DNA from: Octopus sinensis
Lineage: Eukaryota
Reading direction: 5' to 3'
Assembly (NCBI RefSeq): GCF_006345805.1
Contig: NC_043008.1
Span: 29,264,001 to 29,328,000, forward strand
DNA: 64,000 bases
Shown: piece by piece, positions 53,269 through 64,000 of the stretch
Numbering within the stretch: position 1 is the first letter of the stretch
Layout of the letters: each line of letters opens with the position of its first letter
Notes under the pieces: generated by a model
What the model was told of the DNA's origin: nothing
Seen by the model: only the letters and a program-made list of their open reading frames with translations
The model's database searches: none
Translations under genes and position numbers: made by a program

Positions 53269-53414
53269 ATATAGGTAAACATTAAAATTAAATACAGACA
53301 TGGACAAGAACATGAAACACCAAGAGACGACACAGAACCACAGACGGGACATTCGAGCCTCAGTCATCAGTCAAGAACCAGATCATCTTAGCAATTTCGG
53401 CTGATTAATCTTGA
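53269..53414 (-). mobile_element. Solo truncated copy of the 178-bp direct-repeat unit
   Basis: Matches 31491-31642 with several 1-bp deletions; flanked by (TA)n. Confidence 0.85.
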
Positions 53415-53847
53415 TATATATATACGAATAAAGAATGTTATCATTGAATTGAAAAATATTAACAAATATAAGTAAATTGCTGAATTCTGAAAAGTTGCAG
53501 GGAAGATGTTACAGTTAGTAAGTAACACTAAGTAGTTACAGTGAAAAATATTATAATTTATTTATATATATATAAATATTGTTCAACTGCAATAGGATTG
53601 CACTGGCAACTCCAGTGAGTGTGTGAGTCTATGAGATATATACACACATATCTGTGTATATATATGTATATAAATGTTTATATACATTATTGTATATACA
53701 TATATATGTGTATATATATTTATATGTATTTATATATATGTGTATTTATATATATATATATATATATATACATACATATATATATAGACATACATACATA
53801 CACACACAAACACACATACATATGTATATATATATATATTTACAAAA

Positions 53848-54997
53848 TAAACACCAAATTTTACGTAGCGCTGCATGAATTAAAAAATCATAACAAGTAG
53901 GGAACGGACGATAGCACAACGGCAAACAAGAAGAAAGAAGATACACGGCTGATTCGCTGCTAATTGCTTCTTCAGTCAGAGTCTGTAATGTCCAAGTAGT
54001 TTCGCCTAATTCTCTCCGATACTATTCGAAACCAGTTGGGCCAGGAGTTAACCTGAAGGCATTAAGTCACTGAGCAAAGCAAACGGACGTACATAACCAA
54101 ACAAGGAAATAACAATCAGAAAGGGACATTCGACTATCGGACGAAGGTAACACAATGGACAAAAGCCTTTCGGCTATACAACAAAAGTAAGACAAAACAA
54201 ACAGTGTCTTTCGATTAGCGCAAGGAAAAAGGAAATAGAAAAATCATAACTGACCGGGTGGCTAGACAGAACAGATTCGACTGCCCTGAAAGGGGTTCAG
54301 CTGAAAAAGAACGACAATGCATAAGCCGGACAGCGATCACGTTGTAGAGGAGGGAAGGAGTTGAAGAAAGTTGAAGAAGACCAAATAATGAGAGGGAGGT
54401 ATAACGGAATTTGAGGGAGGAAGGGAGATAGAGAGAGAGAGACGAGGTAGAAGGGGGGTAAGGAAGAAAAGCAAAAGAGATTGAGAGATAAGGGGAAAGG
54501 AAAAGGGATTAAAGACTACGAGAGAGAAAGAAAAGGAAATCAGAGGGTCAAAGAAAGAATGGGGGTGAGAGAGAGAGAGTGGAGAAAAGAGATAGGTGGG
54601 GGAGAAGGACTGAGCGTGAAAAATCGACAACGAGTGGGTGAGATTGACAGAGAGGGAAAGGGAGATAGAGTGAGAGAGGGAAAGAGAAGGAAAGAAAAGG
54701 GTGTTAAAAGAGGGAAAATGAGTAAGAGGGGTATCTTTACAGAGTAAACACCAGATTGTACGTAGCGCTCCATGGATAAATCAAAGGTAAAAACACAAAA
54801 AACGGAAATCGTCAAAATATAAAAAGGAGAAAAAGGACGATAGTACAGCAACGACGAACAGGACAAAAGAAGTTACACGGATCTTTCGCAGCCAATTGCT
54901 TCTTCAGTCAGTCTGGAATGTCTATGTAGTATCGTCAAAACCTGTACGATAGTACACGAAACCTGTTGGGCCAAGGACTTAAGCTGAAGGCATTAAG
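53848..54997 (-). mobile_element. Second, older non-coding element with diverged direct terminal repeats and a GA-rich interior
   Basis: 53848-54066 ~ 54745-54997 (TAAACACCA..TACGTAGCGCT, AATTGCTTCTTCAGTCAG, GTTGGGCCA, CTGAAGGCATTAAG); GA-rich tract ~54345-54730; minus-strand CTGAAGA-A-GCA(attggc)TGC-GAAA. Orientation is inferred. Confidence 0.65.
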
Positions 54998-55082
54998 CCC
55001 ATATAGAAATATCTTGAGGCAAGATTGGCGTTCAGAGATTAGGAACACGGAAGAGAAATAGAGAAACGTTCAGAATGTTTAC

Positions 55083-55176
55083 CTAAATCAGCAATTAAAC
55101 AAATACTGATTTCTGTGAGCTGTATTTTTATATCGGTTGCTCCCAGAAATGGACAAATGGTGGGGCGTAAATAAGT
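55083..55176 (-). CDS. Candidate exon 1 (in window) of uncharacterised minus-strand gene (TYLRPTICPFLGATDIKIQLTEISICLIADL)
   Basis: Acceptor TACTTTACTGCAGTAG, donor AG|GTAAAC, 94 nt, phase 0->1. Confidence 0.4.
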
Positions 55177-55505
55177 CTACTGCAGTAAAGTAGAATGGTG
55201 TATCTCCACAAATGCATCGACATAAAGCTACATATACATATCGAAATACATTAACGGGCGCAGAAACACAAACGTATATATTAGGAATGGCTTCCAAACG
55301 TCGTTTATGTGCATGCCTTATTTACTCCCTAGGAGATGCTCGGTGTGAGCTATAGAAGAGCACATATTCTAATATATTTCCCGGACGGCTTCAGCTTTAA
55401 TTACAAAGAAAAAATTCTAAAACGCACGAAGAAGACGGTGGCTATATTTAAATGTATATATATACATGCATACATGTTTACTTATGTATATAATATATAT
55501 ACATG

Positions 55506-55565
<60 letters not shown>

Positions 55566-56132
55566 GTGTGGTTGTGTGTGTGTGTGTGTGTATACATATA
55601 TGTATATATGCATGTATATATACGTATACAAATGTATATATATACATACATACATAAATAAGTTACATAAAATATAAATAACGTAAATAAAGAATTACTT
55701 TATATGCAACTAAATCTTATGATGAGATTGCTGTCCATTTCTAAGAGAATGCTACATTTGCCGTGAACTAGTAATATCACAAATATTGTTATCGCGAAAC
55801 CTATTAATAGTAATGCTTATTTCGTTGCCATGATATTATCGAGTACATTTGGGTGCCAATCTTTTTGTTAATCCTCCTTTCTAAATAGTATACGATGGAA
55901 CTGCATTATTATCAGAGCCTTATATGATTATGTGTGTGTGTATATATATACATATACATACACATATACATACACACACACATATATATTTATACACATA
56001 TAGAAATTAATTGTAACACACTTACACAGTTATTCACACACACCAACATACGAATGATTGTGTGTATCTTAGGAATGATAGGTTTCGTCATTATGTTCTA
56101 GTTAATCTTTGTATGGATATATATATATATAG

Positions 56133-56166
<34 letters not shown>

Positions 56167-56526
56167 TATATATATATTATAATTGAGGTTGTGCGTGTGT
56201 GTTAACACGTATAACTTCTGGAGTTCATAACATAAATACATAACAAGAAATATACATTACTTAAGTTGCAGAAATGGTTTTAGACTCTTAATATTTTCAC
56301 ATAATGAGGAACGTGCCAACTGGGAGCAGAAAACACACTTTCCTGAGGCACGCAGAGAAGAGAGGTAACTCATACATACACGAACACAAACATACACAAC
56401 AACAACTCGAACACAAAAAAATATATATGTATATAGTAAATCCCCCGAAATAAAACAACGAAGAAACAAATCAACGTAAGCACGTGGTACATGTCAAGTA
56501 TTATCAGACGCCCAGAGAAAGAAAGA

Positions 56527-56560
56527 TGGTTTGACGTTTCGAGCAACGGCTTTCTTCTGA
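56527..56560 (-). ncRNA. Degenerate Penelope-type hammerhead core
   Basis: TCAGAAGA-AAGC(cgtt)GCTC-GAAACGTC; CUGA mutated to CAGA. Confidence 0.35.
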
Positions 56561-56612
56561 ATTAGGGGAAAGTTCAATAGAAAGAAAGGCGGAGAAAAAG
56601 CCCACTATACTT

Positions 56613-56685
56613 GCTGGACGCAGAACCTTTTAGCCCTCTGCAAGGATCAGCTAAAAATCTGCACGTAATCCGGGTTCTAATCTAG
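56613..56685 (+). mobile_element. Helitron 3' terminus (hairpin + CTAG)
   Basis: TTTTAGC..GCTAAAA stem, CTAG at 56682-56685; homologous to the terminus attached to the helicase fragment at 58849-58918. Confidence 0.55.
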
Positions 56686-56754
56686 AGTATATATGTACAC
56701 ATATTTTCGAGTTAATCTTTGTATGGCTGTGTTTATATATACGTTATGTGTGCG

Positions 56755-56812
<58 letters not shown>

Positions 56813-57614
56813 ATTATATGTGGTAATCCGTACATGTATGTGTTGTCATGGGTTAGAACATATGTATGTATGCATATATGCTCATACTTATATGTGTAAA
56901 TATCAAAAGCTATGTAGAATTCCATAGATTCTTTTGAGATGTTTTCACTGATATTTTGAAAATGAATATACACATGTATACATATATGGAGTTCAGGATA
57001 AGGAATTGGAGTAGGTTGTTTTGTATGTATATATTGGAGTACACGCAGTGATCTTGGTTTGTATATATCTGATTAGTATTATTAGAGCATTTGGGGATCT
57101 GTAGCTCTGTTTATATATTCATATATTTATATTTGTATGTATTCATATGTAGGGAGTTTAGAGTGTATGTAAAGTCCAGTATGATTTTGCATCTATATTG
57201 GTGTACACACATAAGATGTGGCGTGAATTTATATCTGATTAGTATTAGTATTGGTGCATTTAGGGATCTGTAGATGTATTTATGAATCATATATAAATAT
57301 TTACATATATTCATATTTATATTTAAATTTATAGTATTTGGAGCATGAGTATGAACAGATATGAATGCAAACAGTCCACCATTATGGTATAAAAATGGTA
57401 TATTGCCTCATACACATACTAAGAATGCTATACACAAACATGGCGTATACGCTAGTTTTAGTAACCCCTCCATTTATTTACCTTTAATAAATACACATAG
57501 ACTAGCTCATCTTTTTTAACACTAAATATTTAAATTTCTCACTATATATATACAGAGTAAAAAACATATAAATTACTAGCCATTAATATTGATCATGAAT
57601 TTATATATATATAA

Positions 57615-57677
<63 letters not shown>

Positions 57678-58848
57678 CTATATATATATATGACATATAT
57701 ACAAACATTTATGTACAAACCCCAATAGAGAACCAATTAAGTAATTGAATAATTAATTGATTAATTAATTATTTCTTTAATTATTTAATTTATTAACCAG
57801 ATATGCTAGAGTTTCTCCCCTTTAGTTACGCATAATTTTACAGTTAAATAAATATGTATATATTTATATATTAATATAATCATTCTACTTCAAGCTAATA
57901 CCCCCACCATCTTAAATGAAACACTGAATTTAAATAACAGAATAGAAAATTAAGTGATTAAAGTATTTAATTGAATAATTAATTGGTTGTTTAATTAAAT
58001 CATTCAACACTATTACATAGTGACATGCATTTAATGCTTTATATCCAATATTCTATGTTTTATCAATATAGTTTTACCGATGAATAATGATAATTTAGAA
58101 AAAGAAATAATTTATCCGGCCCATTTCGCTTGTTGTCCCTTGTTATAAGTTATTCCTTTTATATTCCAACATAAATGAATTCCCTGTTTTGCTCCTATAT
58201 TATGGTTAACAAAATACAATTGATTTCCCTAATTAGATTGATATGTGTTTTACATTTATTGTATGCGTTTTCATACCTTTGTAATAATATATTCTTCGTA
58301 TGCAGTCTATTAAGATCGGATCATTTTAGTCATATCACTCTCGTTATCTTACTCACTAACGTACTTATTTATCTACATTTTACTCATCTTAATTTAATTT
58401 AATTTAATTTAATTCAATCTAATTTAATCTAGTTTCAATGCTAATTTTATTTTACTCTTCTACATGCCCATAGTTGACCATGGTCTATTAGTTTTTATGC
58501 ATTTAAATATATCTTTTAAATCCACTTTTTATGTTATCTTTAAACGATTAACCACCGTAAGATCGTCATGGTCTTTCAAAAACATAGCTAACCAATTAAG
58601 TTACGGGACTGACCATGACTCCCACCCTATTACACACAGTAATTCAGTAACTTGTTGGTCGGGAAAATAACGGAAACTAACACAGTATATTGTTCACTAC
58701 TTCGAGATTTACTATCTTTAGTACAAGCCGCTATCATACCTATTAATATAAACATTCATCTCCGTAATGTGGACCATACTCTCAAACCCTAAATTGACTA
58801 TACCCATCTTCCTATCACTAGATGACATAACATAAATATATATATATT

Positions 58849-59410
58849 CTAATTTAAAAGCCGAACTCCGTGCAGACTTTTAGCTGATCCCTGCAGAAAG
58901 CTAAATTGTCCTGCGTCCACCAATTACAGTGGTCAATAATAATAAAACGTGTATTGTTACCCTAGCATCTAAGATTTATATCACAGAGTATCATATTTTG
59001 AGAATTTTATATCTTTGTGACGACTGGAGATCACTGTAATGTAGCAGGATAAAGAACGTACCTGATTTTAACATTTGGTGTGAGTATGCAGAGACTTTTG
59101 ACATTTCCAACTCTGGAACAACCAACATAGAGGTGGCCATTGGAAAAGCGATAAAGTGAAGTTTAACAATTTTCAGTGATTGTCTTGAAATCTTCTTAGT
59201 TGACATTGAAAAACTAATTCTTACTGGAAATTGTGGTCTCTTGAATTCAAAGTTCATGTCTGCTGAAATCGGTGGAATTCTTGGAATAAACACATTTTCT
59301 CCCTTTCTTTGTATAGGGAGCTTTATTTCTTCCAAAAGTTGCGTATGCTGTTGCCTGATATTTAGTCTTGTTCTATTGCACAGCTTTACAATTCAGATTT
59401 CTGAAGTTAA
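58849..59410 (-). mobile_element. Helitron helicase C-terminal fragment with its 3' terminus
   Basis: KGENVFIPRIP..FEFKRPQFPVRISFSMS..; downstream TTTAGC/GCTAAA hairpin and TTAG end. Confidence 0.85.
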
Positions 59411-59519
59411 AATAATAGACAGAGAACACCACTAGAAAATACAAAAACAAAAATAAACAGCACATATGCTAGGACACAACAACCTCCTAAGCAGACCAAG
59501 TGCAGATATGAGTAGCATA

Positions 59520-59690
59520 GCATAGAAAATACTTTAGAAATGAGAACCCAGGTTCGAAATCCCCCAACACACCTGATGAAATCTGAAACGTATATCACCC
59601 GAAACGTTGTGTTAACAAAAACAAGATAAGAACAGATAACCGTCAAATTTAAATAATATAAATAATGTACATAAATTCCTCATCTCCTAA
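59520..59690 (+). mobile_element. Penelope-like terminal repeat with hammerhead core (family of 3317-3488)
   Basis: ACAC-CTGATGA(59573)...GAAAC(59601)-GTT-GTGT; stem I ACAC/GTGT, stem II eroded. Confidence 0.6.
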
Positions 59691-59702
59691 ATATATATTA
59701 TT

Positions 59703-59749
<47 letters not shown>

Positions 59750-59756
59750 TATATAT

Positions 59757-59788
<32 letters not shown>

Positions 59789-60143
59789 ATCATATATATG
59801 TATATATATATATATATATATCTATATATATATATATAGATATATATATATATATATATATACATGCACACATATACACATATTTGCTTGAGTTTGTGTG
59901 TGTTTGACTTTATCTTTGCATTTATATATAATCGTGTGATTATCAGTGATGGGTATATATGTTGATCACGGACGTCTTTGAATCAGCGTTATTGTATATG
60001 AATATAAGAGATCATTGAAAACTGTAGTAGATATATTAATATATATTAATATATATTCCGATTGTTTGTTTAGATATTGTTTATGTTACATAATACTGAA
60101 CTATAACGCAAAACATTGGATTACGTTTCTTGTATTAAGGACC

Positions 60144-60195
<52 letters not shown>

Positions 60196-60269
60196 TCGAC
60201 TGAAAACTTCATATACCGACTAAGATATTCTCATGGAAATTGATCATGTGAGGTTTATATTCCATATAA

Positions 60270-61160
60270 TCACGCTTGCAGTCCACATACTTATTCCATC
60301 GTGTCGCAGTGCTATCAAATTTTGGGCCAAAAAAGTCATCAACAGCAGATATGACGTCATCTCCATTGCCCTACTGATTTCCAGCCTAGTGTTTTTTTTT
60401 CATGCTAAGGAATATGACAGTCAGATAGAGCCAAATCAGGAATAGGGGGACTGATCTTAAAGTTCAAAGACACAGCCACTCAAGCACCCAATGGAAGGAA
60501 GAAATTGTATTCTGGACCATTGTCTTGATTAAACAAGACCTGTTTCTCTACTTACCCTGGTTGATGGTTTTGAAAGACTTTCGAAATTATCTGAGAAGGT
60601 TGGCATATTCCTCGCCATTGATGATGTCTGTCTTGTGATAATACGAATAAACACAATGCCTTTTGAATCCCCAAAACTGCGACCTTCAACGTCCCCACAA
60701 ATGAAACACTCTTGGCCTCTTTAGAGTGGACGAGGAGGATTGTTTCCACCGCATAAATTGTCTCTTTGTCTCTGGTTTAAAATAATGAACACAGCACTTC
60801 TCCGGCTGTGGGAACGTTCAAGGAAACCAGCTGCATGTGGCTGAAAACTCTTAGATTTCCCGTGTTGTGATCTGCCTGGTGCGCTTTTCTTCAGGTGTGA
60901 AAAGACTTGGCATCCAAAGAACAGAGACATTTATCGTGCTAAGTTCATGGTACAGAAAATTCTCAACTTACTCGAGGTATGCATATAGCATTCCGTTTTT
61001 GATTTATAATCAATCGCCCATCTTCCATTATCATGTGATGAACACGATTAGTGTTTTTCTCGGGCGTTGCAGGATGTCCAGCCTTGTGTTATCTTCAAGG
61101 CGTCCCTTCCCTCCTATGTTCAGCTGCCCACTTTTGCAAGTCTTATCTACCAAGTGTTAT
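60270..61160 (-). mobile_element. Mariner-type transposase pseudogene
   Basis: KWAAE..LEDN.R, WMPSLF (WVPRLL-like), FWDSKG-like, INGEEYANLL, LFNQDNG, SPY.PDLALSD relics with many frameshifts. Confidence 0.75.
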
Positions 61161-61878
61161 CTAGTAACATATTATTTAATACTCAGAGCGAATCCAATTT
61201 GTAACGTCAGTTGAAAAGACTCTTTGTCATTGTATACATCATTGTAATAATGGCGTGCTTGTGTGTGTGTGTTGTGCGTATGTGCGTGCGTGTATTTCCA
61301 TGAATGTGTACGTGCGTGTGTGAGTGCATGTGTGGGTGTATGTGCGTGCGCGTGTGAAAACCATGTTACACGTATTAGTCTAATTCAAATGCAAAATACA
61401 ACGATTCCCATTACAGTGTATGGCAGGCAATGAGAAAGCTTACCATAACACAATTTTAATACTATGCTAAAATTAAATATACTTAATAGATTTTCACGGT
61501 CATTGGAAGATGAAAGATCTGATTAATTATCTTGCATCTCATTATTATATAACATGTAATTGAATTAAAGGACTTTGAACATCAATGCTTTAGTATACTA
61601 CAATAATTTAACAAAGGTAATGTGTTGCTACATGCCATGTTGCAATACAAAGTAATGTAATTTAAATATGCAGATGTATCGCTAACAAAATTACTTTGTA
61701 TTCATTGCTTGAAAATATTCAGCCATAAACTGTAATGACCGTTGGCATAGTTCTCTAAGTGTAATAAGTTGGTCGTCTAACGATTTACTTCCAAATTGGT
61801 ACCGTCAGTTCGATAAATGCCATTTGACAAGCCTCTCAATTGGTAATGATATGTATATATATATATATATATATCTAT

Positions 61879-61912
<34 letters not shown>

Positions 61913-63239
61913 ATATATATATATATATGTATATATAAGGTAAATCAAGCACATGAAAATTGTGACGAGGTCTTCGGTATTTACAACCTAACTAAAAATA
62001 AGAAAAAAATAGAGAACATCCGACGTGCTGCCCGGACATGTGTTTTATAAGCCTATTTCTATATTTCCTTCCCTGGACGGTACACTGTCCGTACCAGAAT
62101 TATTCGTTTGCAAGCTGAACAGATTGGCGCAAATGAAATAAAGGGATTTGTTCAAGTACACAGCACTTCACCCTGTCCTGGAATGGAAGCCACTTTCTTT
62201 TGATCATCGATCCAACAGATTGAATATATCTATACTCCACGTTTTTCTAGCTACAGACTGATAATACAAACATATGTATGCAAGTATGTACACACACATA
62301 CATATATATATTTACATGTATGTATGTGTATATATAAATATATATATACATATATATACATGTATGCACGTATGTATTTTTGTATGTATACGCATACTCT
62401 TTAATACGCACAGTCATATTCATTAACCTTATTATTGTTACTAAAATCACACAACAAACGCGCTTAGTATTAACACTAGACTTTTAGTAAAACTTGCAAA
62501 ACCTTTTTCCTATTCCACTCCACGTGTTAACAGACACACTCACAGGCACACATCCCTACATATCTACCTAGCTAGCTAACTAGTTATCTATCTCAGATAC
62601 ATACAAAATTTATGTCTGTAACCCAGAGCTGACTGTTATATTAAAATCTGAAAATTTCCTCTCTGGAATGAAACTGACAGGTTTCTATTAGAGTCAATTT
62701 CATAACATAAATATTTAACACACACGCGCGCAGACACGCACAAACGCACACAATCATCTATATACGCACATTAATATATATGCAAGCATATATACGCTTG
62801 TGTATACATACATATATATATATGTGTGTGTGTGTAGCATATTTTATATGTTGCATATATATATATATGTGTGTGTAATCTATCTCTATATATATATGAT
62901 CGCACCCATATTTGTGTATGTGTTTGTGTGTGTGTATGTATGTAGGTTTGTGTGTATGTGTTAGTGTGGGCATGAGTGCTTTTATGTATAGAAATGTAAA
63001 ATGAAAATAATTAGTTGTATTGCTATCAAATTACTCTGAGACATGCAAAAAGAGAGTTCCGGTGGATTGATCTTAATTCCAATTCAATCATACTTGCGTC
63101 TCGTAGAATGGCCAAGGTCATTCTCGATGAAATGCTAAATTTTGTAGCCTCCCATTTCATAACAATTCATTATGTCAAATTCTCCAGAATCAGTATTGTT
63201 ATATTCTACTTCACGTGTAGAAATATAGTATATTTTACT

Positions 63240-63460
63240 CATACACCTAATTTAGCGAGATCAGACGATTACGGCTGTGACTCTTTGGTCACTGTGCAGA
63301 CCAACCTGAACGTGTGGAACCCACTTCATAATGATGCAAGAAGAGAAAAACGTCGTCACACCTACATCGACAACTTGATTGCAGACACTGGCTTGGAATG
63401 TATCCAGGACCTTAAAGCGTGATGTTGGACCGGTTGGTGTGGTGGGTGAAATTTCTTGCA
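63240..63460 (+). mobile_element. Degraded RTE-type LINE 3' end
   Basis: ISEIRRLRL*LFGHC and RRHTYIDNLIADTGL..DL, the same region type as 9600-9790. Confidence 0.55.
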
Positions 63461-64000
63461 GCGGGCCGGGTTCCAACAATACATTATTTTATGAACTATT
63501 GTATCTGTGAGTCTCAATTACTAAGAATTCATAATAGTCTTAATCCTAGAACAATAAAACTTTTGCCACAGTTAAATTCTTGATAGTTTTGGATTCGGTC
63601 TTATTGATTGCCCGCTAACACAAATGTCTCCAAAGACAATTCTGAGCGTTTGGCCCTACACGCGCATAAATAGAGAGGTGTGGGGTGTAATGTTATTTTT
63701 ATATTTCGTGATACCCTTTCATTGACAACAGGAATTCACAATTCTGAAAATGAATATCAATAAAATATATTCAGGCTACTTACTGGATAGTTACGCAAGT
63801 CTAAAAATCCTTGTTTGTGCTGCAGTATGGTCAAACCATGTATAAAATTCAATAAAATAACGAAATGATACTAGGTTCAACAGTTTTTCACTTGTTGGCA
63901 AATCTAACAATAAGTAAAGATGTAAAATATCGATTCCGCGGTATGGGAATATAATCATAGTAAGGAATTACGAAATGAAGCAAAGCATTTCATTTATGGT

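Overview
AT-rich, microsatellite-saturated eukaryotic genomic DNA with (TA)n, (CA)n, (TATG)n, (GATA)n and (AAT)n tracts. The SINE/LINE repertoire looks like an octopus (cephalopod) genome; this is inference, not a database result. Almost all ORFs in the supplied track are microsatellite read-throughs. Supportable content: (1) a candidate minus-strand host gene with seven small GT-AG exons over ~48 kb (55176->7501) whose phases join into one stop-free 277-codon frame of unknown function; (2) a young Tx1/L1-clade LINE (35.9-40.8 kb: CCHC knuckle, APE, RT with YADD, C-terminal CCHC) carrying a 360-bp copy of its own RT region at the 5' junction; (3) fragments of RTE, CR1/L2, Helitron (PIF1 helicase plus hairpin-CTAG ends), mariner, and a Tc1-like element with DD36E spacing; (4) several tRNA-derived SINE families and fold-back MITE-like elements; (5) a cluster of non-coding Penelope-like / retrozyme-like structures. 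These include a complete-looking minimal type I hammerhead ribozyme (1522-1611, minus) paired in a 360-bp palindrome with a core-mutated copy, several degenerate hammerhead cores, and two unrelated ~1 kb elements built as direct repeat - GA-rich tract - direct repeat. No rRNA, genuine tRNA gene or CRISPR array was found.
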